Of a stretch of DNA of 64,000 nt, positions 47,755 to 59,700 are shown in pieces. This DNA is from Azolla caroliniana (taxonomy: Eukaryota; Plantae; Polypodiophyta), in the NCBI GenBank assembly GCA_043228905.1, contig JBHGNT010000006.1:8432001-8496000 (forward strand), given 5' to 3'. The translations under genes and the position numbers were made by a program. The first letter of the stretch is position 1, and each line of letters starts with the position of its first letter. The notes under the pieces are model-generated. The model saw only the letters and a program-made list of their open reading frames with translations, searched no databases and was not told where the DNA came from.

Positions 47755-50700
47755 ATGGCTACTGCTGGAAATATACCTGATGGATCTATGTCCGATGTAG
47801 CGCCAAGCCAAAGAGTTATAAACCATAAAAGGTCTATGTCAGATATTGATCAAAACAGGCCTACTAATTCAAAAAGCACTAATCCTATGAATCAGGATCC
47901 GACCTCGGATAGTTTATATGCTAATTCTTTCACCAGGGAAAATCAAAGACCAAGAATTATTCGCGAAGGTTCCATGGTGAGATTTGGGAGACGAAAATTT
48001 GGTCGATCCTTCATGCATAATCGGCACTTCGTGCTTGAGCCTACACGACTTTCTTATTATAAGAAAAAACCTTCAGAAGATCAGGTGAGTTTATAACACT
48101 AGTGGCTATATAAGTAGAAAGAAGATTGATTCTGTAATTCTATAATGAAATTAAGAGAGCTTTAATTATACAACAGGAAGAAACCTATTCATAATTTGAA
48201 TGTTTCTGTTAGAAGAAAACTTTGAGAAGGTTAGGTGGCTAATAACCACAATCTATAAGCAGAAAGACTCTCTATTATTTGAAGGTTAAATAATTCTAAT
48301 TATAAGTAGAAAGATTCAGCAAAGATGGGAGAACTCTAATCATTAGAAGTTTAAAGATCCAGTCTTTCAAGAAGGTGAATCCACTCCATTTCATGAGTAG
48401 AAAGATTCAGTCCTCAAAGATGGGAGAAATCTAACAATTAAGTAGAAAGTTTTTACTTTAGAGGTGAGAAAACTCTGAATTTGCTCTATTTTTAATTACA
48501 AAACTTCAGTCTTTTCTCATACTTGCAGGTAAATCTGTACTACATTCTCTGATCCCTTGTTCTTTTGCGTCTGATTCATGCTCTCATTATTATATTGCAG
48601 ATTCCTATCAGATCTCTTTTCTTAGGTCCAAGTTGTAGAGTTGAAGACAAAGGCATGGAACACCACCATGGCCGTGTAAGTATTTGGGTTTTGTTCTTAA
48701 TTTAATAATTCTACAAAGTAGAGCAAAGAGGTAGTTCATAAACAATTGTTTCTTGGTGAGATTTAGTGTGAAGGTTTGTGGAATCTATTGTTTTATTTGT
48801 GACATTTAGCATGAAAGGTTTGTGAAAGTGATATTTAGCATGAAATATTTGTGGAATCTGCTAATTCTGTTGGAAATTTAGGGTGAAAGATAGAGTTTTA
48901 GCATGAAAGGTTGTGATATCTATTAGTGTCTTGCTCAGGATGACAAATTTGTGGAATCTTTTATTCCTAAATGTGAAAGGTTTGCAGAATCTATTATTTC
49001 TCAGTGAGTGAAATTTAGCATGAAATGTTCATAGATTATCGAGGGAGTATAACTGGCATTGCCTCAAGATGAGAGATATCCTATCATGTCTTATTAAATT
49101 TGATTATAGTGTATTTCATCATTTTTTGGACAGGTGATATTTTCTTTTAGCAAAGGTCAAAATTACTACATTGTGTCTGTTTTGAGTGCCTTTCAATTTC
49201 TGCATTTTAGTCTAAAGCCTGACTTTATGCATACAGCTGAAATGTATTGGAAATTTGTTTGCAGGCTGTTTTTGTTCTCTCTGTGTACAGCAATAAGGAT
49301 AAATCGCATGCAATTAAGGTTTCTTAAAGATCAAATCTTGAACATCATGTTGGGGATGATTATTCTTTCAAATGAAACTGGTTTATTGGGTTTAAACAGA
49401 TGGCATCATTTTATCTAGAAGATGCAATTTTATGGAAAGAATCAATTGAACAAGCGGTCGAGCAGATAACTGTATGTTTTAAGCAAATGATAGTATGATT
49501 AAGTTTTCTATAACATGTCTTATCAGGTATTGTAATTAAGATTCCCTATGGAATATTTTCAGCATCCTCATATTCCAGGGGTCAATGGAAATAATATTCC
49601 TCAAACTGAAGTGAAAGAAGGTATTTTCCGTGACAGGATATCACCATCTGAACACGAAAGCAAGTAAGTTCTGAATTATTGAGAGGAAGAAACAAATCTT
49701 TAGGTATTTTTGACTTATTCACACAGTCAAGTAAGACATAAAATTAGAATGCACTTTTATTTCATTACTGTAAACCTTCAGTTCTCAACTATTCTATATG
49801 CGGCATAATTCAACTAATGGAAGTTAAAAGCAAATAGTTTAAGAGCCTCTGATGTAAGGACAAAATGCTCCCTTGGGCATCCTTTTATAGTCTCTATGGG
49901 TGATGATGTGCTGGTGAGGAGACCCTTGCTACTTATCAGTTCACATGTCTTTGCTTCAGCACTAGGAACCTTGATTGGTGTGTGACAGTCCTGATCTGAT
50001 TCCTCTATTTCTACTCATAAGTGCATGCTCCTGTGCGTCTTTCTCTCTGTCATGTTCACATTTTGCCCGGCAGTGTGCCTTCCTTGCGCATTAAAGATTA
50101 TTCTTCTGGTGGTTTTGGATCTTATGCTTGCCTCGACATGTCTGACTGGTTCCTGAACTCCACTTACCCTTGATTGGAATTCAGATGCTATGGTTCCGCC
50201 CTGTTGTGCATTGATATTTGCAATTCTCCCCTCTAGGACAACCTTGGTAGATCAAATATATCTTATCTCTCTAGGCTGAAGCCCACTTGCACTTTGCGCA
50301 GTGGAGAGAATGCGGGACAACACCTGGGTGTGTGTCATGCTGTGCTGCCTAAGGGAAGCAAGCTGCAAAACAGGGAAGTACCTAATAGAGTAGTTGGATT
50401 GGTCATGCACCCACATGAACCCATTACTCTAGTTATTTTGAAAATAACTCCAACAGCGAAATCACCTTACCTAGCACCAGTAACAGTCAATTCGTAGATA
50501 ATAAGCTGAGACCCAGAGATTTGCCCTGATCAAATGGCTCAAAACTTTATTCAAGAAATCCAACTTTCTGGATAGCATCTTGCAAACAAGCAAACATTAA
50601 GCACACAAAAGCCCATCCTTGTGCATGGGGAATCAATGAAGAGCGTAGCTAGCCCACACTCTTTGTAGGCACTTACTCCATGCCACTTGCTATCTCTCCT

Positions 50701-53700
50701 CACCATACCCATTGATTTAAGTGCTTGATCTCTGTCTTTCTCAAACCATGTTCCTGGTATTTGATTTTTCCGCTTCCTCTTGGGAGGGTGTTCCTCTGCA
50801 TCCTCTTCTGTCGCTGTCATGTGTCTGATTGTTGTCTGCATCTGGTGGATGTCCTCCAAGGTTCCTCACTTGAAAATAAGGATTTCACCATATTTGTATT
50901 GGCAGAAACAGAGGAAACCAGCTTGCCTACTCTTGGTTTCTGGAGGCTCTTTAATACATTCAATCCTGGTTGCTGGTGGTGAAGGCAGGGTTGGCTCTGG
51001 TAGTCTTGGTAGCCTCTAGAGAGGTAATTGGTCCCTCTTTGAAGTATGATCTGTTCCTGGTCCTCATTCTGCGTGGCATCCTTCTTGCTATGCATTTGTG
51101 CAAGACCACTTCCGGACAGTGGTCTTGCCAGCCTCTGGAGAGGTGATTTGTCCCTCTTTCAAGCTTGAATTCTTGTGATCCTGTTTCTGCTGTGGAGTCC
51201 TTGCTCATAACTGGTGTATCTACCTTACACCAGTCCAGGCGACACATCTCCAATATCGCCACCATCTGCTTGATCCATATCTTCCCATTGCCTTCCACTG
51301 GGTGACCCTATCTATCCATGCTTCTGGTTTGTCCAGACACAATTGGGAAGTTGGGTTGAGCTTCTCTAACTTCTGCAGAGTCCATACAACTTTTGGTTTC
51401 AAAGTCTTGTTGCTTCCCCCATTACACATGGATTGGTTCTCAGCGCCTTTTCCACGCACACTCATTGCTTAGTTCTTCCAGGATTTCTAGCTGACATTGT
51501 TTTTCTCTGAATACCAGCATTGACCACGTTTTTGGGGCCTGAAGTGTCTTTGAGCAGCCACTTGGCCGAAACAGCCCCTGCTCACATGCACAGGGGCTGG
51601 ATTCCTTGGAGAATAGAATAGAATGAATATTGTATCATCCACGAGGCCAAATTTGACCTTTGAGAACAAACCAACATATCATCTTGTATGTGACTTCTTC
51701 CTAAGAAAGCGGATCGCTACTGAAAACTCTCGATATGAAAATAATTCATGCATGTATGTGCTCACCCTTCTTGGTGGAAATTTGAGTATGAGACGTTATC
51801 ATGCCCATCTAACTAGTCATCATATTTCTCTGAATTACTTTACGTGCTGAGCATGCAATAAGTAAGTGATATTCATCCTCCACTAGGTTTTCATTGCATA
51901 TCTTCATATTTGGGCGATGATGCCATGATACTACCTCAACAACTGTGTGAATGAGTTTGAAGAAGTGTTAAGGGTCTCTGAGAGCCAAGGTTCATGGGGG
52001 TGTCAGATGCGATTGGATAAGTTCTGGTATTTTTTTTCGTGTATTGGGGCCAACATTGGGGGGTTAATCTTTGCATTGTAATATTCCAGTTTTGACGTTT
52101 TAGCAACTTGCCACTTCATCCTTAGTGCTTCGAGTAATCTATTGATGCCTATGAAATATATGATCATTGAGCATAGATCTTTTAGGGTTTAGATCTTTTT
52201 CTCCCCATCTCTTAAACTATTTAATAAGGTCAAACACCCAATCAGATGAGAGAAATTTTCTCTTATTAATTTTTTCTACCTAGCTACCTAGTTCCAAGCT
52301 TGTTTGGGCAGTCTATGATCAGGCACATTCTTGAAGTATGCAAGTATGCCATATACTTATATATTCTTTGCATGGGCTAGTATCTCTATGGGCTAAGCAC
52401 CTGTATCTAATAGCATGATAGGATAGGATGTTGAGGATTTAAACCCCAATTGTCTTCGTAAGAACATTTTTTGGAATTTCTCTATTTCATTCCATGCACT
52501 AAGTGAGATAGTGCCAGCCCACACTTCCACTCCATAAAGCAATACTAGGACTGCCATAGCACGGAATAGCATCAACCTCACTTCCCATCCTCGAGTATCA
52601 GTTTGGTTGCATTGATTCTTGAACATATAATAACTATTCCAATGTGCTTGAAGTCTAGACTCATAGCATACATTCTACCTATTTGTTGATGGGACATTAA
52701 TACCAAGATATTTGAAGCTTTGCACCACTTGTATTGGGTCTCCCTTGTATGTAAAAGAGAGGTAGCGTCTTGGTTGTATTGCCTTTATTGCCATCATTTT
52801 TGTTTTCTCCAAGTTAACTGTTAGCACACTGATTTGACAGAATGTGTCCAATATGTTAAGTAAGTGCTGCATATCATCCACAATCTATGAGAATAAAACA
52901 CCATTAGCATATGGGAGTATAAAAATAAGCTCATGCATTAGTTTTGGACCATCCAATCCTTCTTCTTTTGCAGCCTTGTTACTATTTCTTCAAGTTTATC
53001 AATGCATAGACCAAAGAGTGTGGAGAGAGTGGGCACCCTTGCTTGGCCATCATGTTGCTCAAACTTCCCAGGTTATGAACGAGAAGAGTTTGTAAAAGAA
53101 GTGTAGAAAGAAAGAAAGATATATTAACGTCTTTTAAGAGGCCAAAATGGCCAATAAGACCAAACAAGAGATTACATCTTAAGTGTTGTCTCGTCTTTGA
53201 GAACAACAAATCAAAAAAATAAGTAAATAATACTCCGTAAATATAAAAGTATATAAGATAAAAAGAGACGAGGGAATCTGGTTTTCGGCACATGTGAGAT
53301 TCTCAAGTTAGATATATTGTAGCTTTTGTCTTCGAAAGATCTCTAGCATAGGTCGATCCAAAACGGAAATGTCTCCGAAGCGAGGGAAGCACTTGTGATG
53401 GTGGGAGATAATGGCTTTTATTTGTTGATGACAAGGGTGTCAAGGTCATGGTCCATGGGGCTTGGGGCCTACGTGCATGGCAAATTGCTATTGCCCGATC
53501 AATTGTAACCCCTTTGTTATGTCCTGATTGGGAGCCCATTTGTGTATCCCGTGATTGACTTGTAGCATTAGTAGGAGTGATGGGGCTAACGAAAGTTGTG
53601 ATTGTTCTTTGTGGATGAGCTTGTGTGGCTGTATTTCTTCAACAACTTTTCCCGATATCTCTTCAGCTCTAGCAAGAAAAGTCCTAGGCACCGTTGGTCC

Positions 53701-56700
53701 TCATATTCCATTACCTTTCGTAGCGGGCCAAAGCCTTGTTTAAAGAGGCAACGGTATCTACCTCTGATTTCATAAAAGACACTACAGTGACAAACATAGT
53801 GTTCTTCGGATTCCACTCCTTGATGACACAATTGGCAAATTCTTTCTTCTAGAGGTATTCTTGTATATCTGCCTACCTCAATCTGTAACTGATGTGATGA
53901 AGTTCGCAGCTGCTCTATCACACTACGCAACGCATAGGATAGATGTATGTCCATATAAGGTGGCCTGATGATGAATCCATCCTCTGATGTGTGTAAGAAG
54001 TGCGTCTTATAGTGGGCCATCTTTATACCAAGTGGTATTATGGGGCTGATCCATGTTATCTTGTTTTCCAAGTTAATAATATCAGTTCGGATCACTCTAT
54101 TCTTTTCCACTTTTGTCATATTTAGATGGGGACGGTCCAAACTATATTGAAAGGGGGGTAGTGCATTTATTTACTCATGCTATGTTGCTGCATTTCAGCA
54201 TACCAACAATGAATGTCTCCATTTTCAGCCAGTTGTCTTGAAGACATAAGTGCCAACCTTGGGTACCTTTGTTTAGGGAGCTCCCAAAGACGTTGGATAA
54301 ATGTCACTGATCGGAACAATGCCTCGGTGATTATAGGTGTTGCTCCCATCTCTGCCTGGATTATATCGTGGGGCACTGATGCTTTGCTCCTTATCATGTG
54401 AGCAATCATTGACACTAAAGGTCTCTCTAAATCTTTCCAATGATTTGCCTTGTTAAGACTCGGTCCCATGTTTCTACTCCACAGAGAAGAGTTGGTGTGA
54501 CAAGTGTATCAAATAACCACAGCTTAGTTCGTGGCTCTTGGAACTGCAAATGTGCACATTATCTCTCGAGAGCACCAAGCGCTGCATATCCACAAGAAAC
54601 TCGGGCACAGGCAGCCTCCTGTAAGGAGAACCAAGGCCTTGTAAATGTTACTCCTAGGTATGGGTAGGAGCGTGTGTATTCCACCTTTTCCTCTCCCAAG
54701 AAGAATTCTGGTTTTGTATCTTGTTATCCATGCTTGAGTGGTGTTAAACACCATCACTTTAGTTTTATCCATATTGATTGTTAAACCTTTGTCCGTACAA
54801 AATAGTTTAAAGGCATTTAGATGTTTTTGTAATCCCTCCAGAGAGTCAGAAATCAGCGCAATATCATCAGCATATAGTAATATTTGTATAGCTATACCTG
54901 CTAGGCGTGCTCCCGAACCCCGGAATCTCTCTGTAATGTGATACCTCATCTATATAGAGACCGAAGAGAGTGGGTGATAGTGGGCATCCTTGCTTCACTC
55001 TGATTATGCTAGCCACTGTCTCTGACAAACCCTTGGAAGACTGCACTTTTCCTGACACGGATTCATAGAGTGCATAGATTCCCCATTGCATATTTGTAGG
55101 AACACCAAGGGCTTCTAGCCGCTGCATAAGCTGAGCATGTGGCAGTGTCAAAGGCTTTTCGGAAATCCCCAAAGCAGCAATAAATCCTCTTATTATGGGC
55201 TCTGCCTTCCTCAATAACGGTCCGGAGGGTGAATGTGTGATCCAAAGTTGTGAACCCCTTCTGAAAGCCTGCCTATCCAATTGAACGGCAGCCATTCCGC
55301 TCTGCCCATATACTCAATTCTGATTCTAGAATCGACCCATATAGTTTAGCTAGTAATGGCCAATCATGATTGTCCTATAGTTGCTTGGCATCATGGGGTC
55401 TCCACTCTTGAGGATTAGCAGAATGGTATGCTGAGTCCATCTAGTAGGGAAACCTTCACACATGGCTCTATTAAAGATGTGTGCTAGCAATGGGAGCAAG
55501 GTGTCACGGGCATAGATAAAGTGCTCACCCACCAATCCATCATGATCTTGGGCCTTCCTAATTTGTAGCCAGATAGAAAAGTGTAGGATTAAAGTAGCAG
55601 AATTGAGACAATATACAATAGAACAATATTCCACCTTAAGGATAATAGCTTAACTTTGCTGAACCCCGGCTTGAACTCTTTGATCTTGAGAGACGAGAAA
55701 CCTTTCCCCATGAGTTAGCTTGATTAATCGATTGTATGTATTTTCCTTGATGTCTAGATTCTTCGATTCCTTCTCCTTAGATAGATGTTCGAATAAGAGT
55801 GCATGTGATGTGTGAGTGCATGCGATGTGTGATCTCCCCTTGGTGCACATGTGCTAATATGTGATGCATGACAACCATGTTGCTCATCTGAGTTAGCACA
55901 TATGCAATACTGCATAAGACATAATTACAATGATGAGAATATAGACTTTAGAAATACTTATCCTAATGGTTCACACTTGGTGGTTGCTATGTGCGGTTAT
56001 GGGTTTGAGCCTCACACATGACACTTGCAATACTATTTGGGGAGTAAAAAAAGATTCACATGGGTGAGCCGTGTGGGGGGAGGGATGAGGGGCTGCGTGG
56101 AAATGTCATAGAATGCCAAGTATGAGGTGAAGCTAGTTGTGGGCTATCTTTACTTGCATTAAACATTTTCCATGCTCTTACTTTCTAACCCTAGAGAGTG
56201 TGTGCGAGAGAGAAAGAGAGAAAAAGATGTTCTATTGAAGGGTTCTGGAAGTTCAAGGTGAGAAGAAGTTTCCAAGTACTCGAGCTAGAATTGATGGTAT
56301 GGAAGATTTTCAATTTGATTTGACATTGGGTGGTGTCAACTCTTTAACAATTTTATTTATAGTTATGAGGAACGATGAGGAGTCCGAAATCTTGCATCCA
56401 ACATTATCAGAGCCTAAGAAAAAACATTGGAGGCTGTTTCAGTGTCATAATGGTGATTGAAAGTTAATATTGCTCTCAATGATTGTTCTATTTAAGGTTT
56501 ATAGATACATAACTTGACAGATTAATTTGTAATTTTTACAGGATTGCGTATATTTGAAGAGATTCCAGATGATTTTTCTGTGAGTGCTTGAGATTATATA
56601 TCTAGTTTTTATATTTTTTGCAGCATTTCCTATCTTCATTGTCCACACATTTTTCTAATCTTCCTATCAGCTATATTGATCATGCAGTCTTTATAACAAC

Positions 56701-59700
56701 CTTTTCCACTATGATTGTTTGCACTAGCACTTATATGCGTTTTGTGTTTCCCAACACAATTATCTGGGATGAGGTCACTAAGGCAGGTGCATTATATAGT
56801 CACAGGGTTATATAAGAGCTATGAAAGCTGTTGGAGTCGTAGATGCAAAATGTGAAGACATTGTTTCATTGATTATGGGAATGGACGATACCCGAAATGA
56901 GTAAGAACTATTGAAGTTCAACCAGCATAAAATATAATCTCTGATAGAATTTCTGAATGAATTACAGGTAATATTTTAACTGCGAGAACATTTATGTGCA
57001 GATGGGATAGTACATTTCACAGTGGTATGATGGTGCAAGAGATCGATGGACACACTGCAATTTTATACCACCGGTTACAGCTGGATTGGTGTAGCTGGTA
57101 ATTCCTTTATATGTACTTTTATAATCCTATATGTGATCAGTTGTACAAACTGATTCTGTTTAATGTAGGTTTATTTGGCCACGTGATTTGTGCTATGTTC
57201 GATATTGGAGATGTATTGAGAATGGTTCATACGGTATGAAATTATCTCTAAATGGTAGTAGTTTTCATAATCCAGTTTCTGAAATTTGTTTTTTAACTAT
57301 TGCAGTAATCCTTTTCCAGTCGCAAGAACATGTGAATTGTCCCCCTCAACCAGGCTGTGTGCGTGCACATATTGAGAGTATGTATAAACTTCCTCTTAAG
57401 TAATCTCTAATGAGAAAACTTTCAACTTTTCAACTAGATTCTACATTTAATATTTTTGTTTTTGTTTATGATATATACAATCTGACTTGATAATCATCCT
57501 TAAAGTTAAGTGAAAATGGTTATACTGTCATATCTACAGGTGGAGGATTTAGGATCACTCCCTTAAAACCTCGTCTAGGATCTGAAAGTCCTCGTGCTAA
57601 AGTTGAGCACCAAATTCAAATAGATTTCCGAGGATGGGGGGTGCGATATTATCCGTCTTATCAACAACACTGCTTGTTCCAAATGCTTAATAGCGTTTCT
57701 GGTAAAAATTCCTATTCAATGGCTAATCAACACTGTTTAAATAAGAGCTTGCTTGTTTTGATGAATTATACAAGTCAATATTAATGTCTTGTACAATTTC
57801 TTATGAATAAAGTTGAATGTACTGTAGTTTTTTTCTACCATTTTCTGGCTAGTGAGTCATGACACGTATATAATTGATGAGATCTGTTATGTGCATGCTC
57901 AAGGTCCTGTGTAGTACATTCAGATGGCCAAACACAACTACAGAAATTTCTATCATTTTAAAAGTGTATTTTACATGGTTTTGATGCACAAATATCCATG
58001 AATGCTCTGCACTTTATTTGATACAACAGACAATTTGTAGGTCTTCGTGAATGGTTTGCTCAATGTGACGATGCTCATCTTGTCCCACGAATCCGGAAGA
58101 TGGATACAGAACTTGTATCTGTCAAGAAAGGGAGGAAGAGGATACCCATACATGATGCCTCTAATTTGAATCAATATATTCCTTCACAAGGGGAAGAAGA
58201 TGAGTCAGATGATGAGGATGATGGACAGCCAAACAGTCATGAGGTACGCAGTTGCTAAATATGATAGCTTATTTTATAAATTCAAGGATGCTCATCTTCT
58301 GTTTGCATTACCTTGTTCTTTTGGCTAGGCTTCTATTGAACAACTTTCGAACCAGAATATTGCATTACGTAAGTTACTTACCCATGGTTGTTTTATGTAA
58401 TTAGTCAATGCGACAATGAGGGATGTCTATAGTTTTGAAGTAAATTTTATGTCAAAAAAAGAAGTCAATATATAACTCTTCATGTGCCATATGTAACAAA
58501 CCAGCTTTAATGTAACCACATTCATTCAATAAGTGTTTTTAATAGAACTAAATTTTTGTCTGCATATTATGTTGAATCCATGTGCATGCAATCTTAATGA
58601 AAGACTATCGAGATTATCCAAAGAAATGGAACCGGATGCAAGGCCAAGAAAATATATTATCTTGGCTGATATGTGTGTGAGCCCATTCCAATCACGAGAA
58701 TATATTCCACTTTATATAATTTTTACGCTAGATTACAAATGCTTCTTACATGCCCCTCTTTATATTTCTCTCCCCCTTACACAACTGTGTTGGGATAACA
58801 TTTACTTACTAGCTGCGGAAATGAATGATGCATTCGGAAAATCAGGAATTAAGAAAACTCTAAAGTTGTCTTGAGGGTGGGAAAATTATGAGCATTCTCC
58901 GTTCATTTATTCTCAAGAGTACATATATGTTACAACAAGAGAGAGAAAACACAGAGATCACTTATCTAACATAAGGAGGAGAAGGCTCCTGCTTATAAAG
59001 GCCAGATATGGCAGTTGGGCTAGTCATTTGGCTACAACTTTAATCATTCTCAACACTCCCCCTCAAGATGGGCGAAAGATATCCACTAAGCCCATCTTGT
59101 CACACAGTCTAGAAAGACATACTGGCCCAAGTCCCTTCGTAAGACAATCTGCTACTTGATCTTCAGTAGAAACATGACTCAATTTTAATATTCGACCATC
59201 AAGCTTCTCCTTGATAAAGAATCTGTCAATTTTGATGTGTTTGGTCCTATCATGCTGCACCCGATTGTTGGCAATGCTGATTGCTGACTTATTGTCACAC
59301 CACAGCCTCATCTGACTTTCTTGATTCATTCTTAGTTCTATTAGGAGAGTTCACAGCCACAACATCTCCGCAACTCCTACATCAATAGCTCTATACTCTG
59401 CTTCTGCTGTTGACCTTGCTACTACTGACTGTTTCTTACTCTTCCAAGAGACCAGATTGCCCCCCAACAAACATGCAGTATCCTGATGTGGATTTCCTAT
59501 CATTAGCACAACTAGCCCAATCGGAATCACAATAGCCCTCAATGTTGAAATGGCAATGTTTTCTAAAGATCAATTAAAAGATGTTAATATTTCTTTCTTT
59601 CTTTCTTTCTAGATTACAAATGCTTCTTACAAACCCCTCCTTATATTTCTCCCCCCCATACACAATTGTGTTGGGATAACATTTACTTACTATCAGTGGA

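Noticed and set aside
53088-55586. TSD for the long intronic LINE (TTTGTA...AAGTGTAG on both sides)
   Set aside because: The two copies differ in length and sequence too much to call.
56195-56257. Alternative EDR2 bridging exon
   Set aside because: Has AG/GT borders but exits in phase 2, incompatible with the phase-1 exon at 56363.
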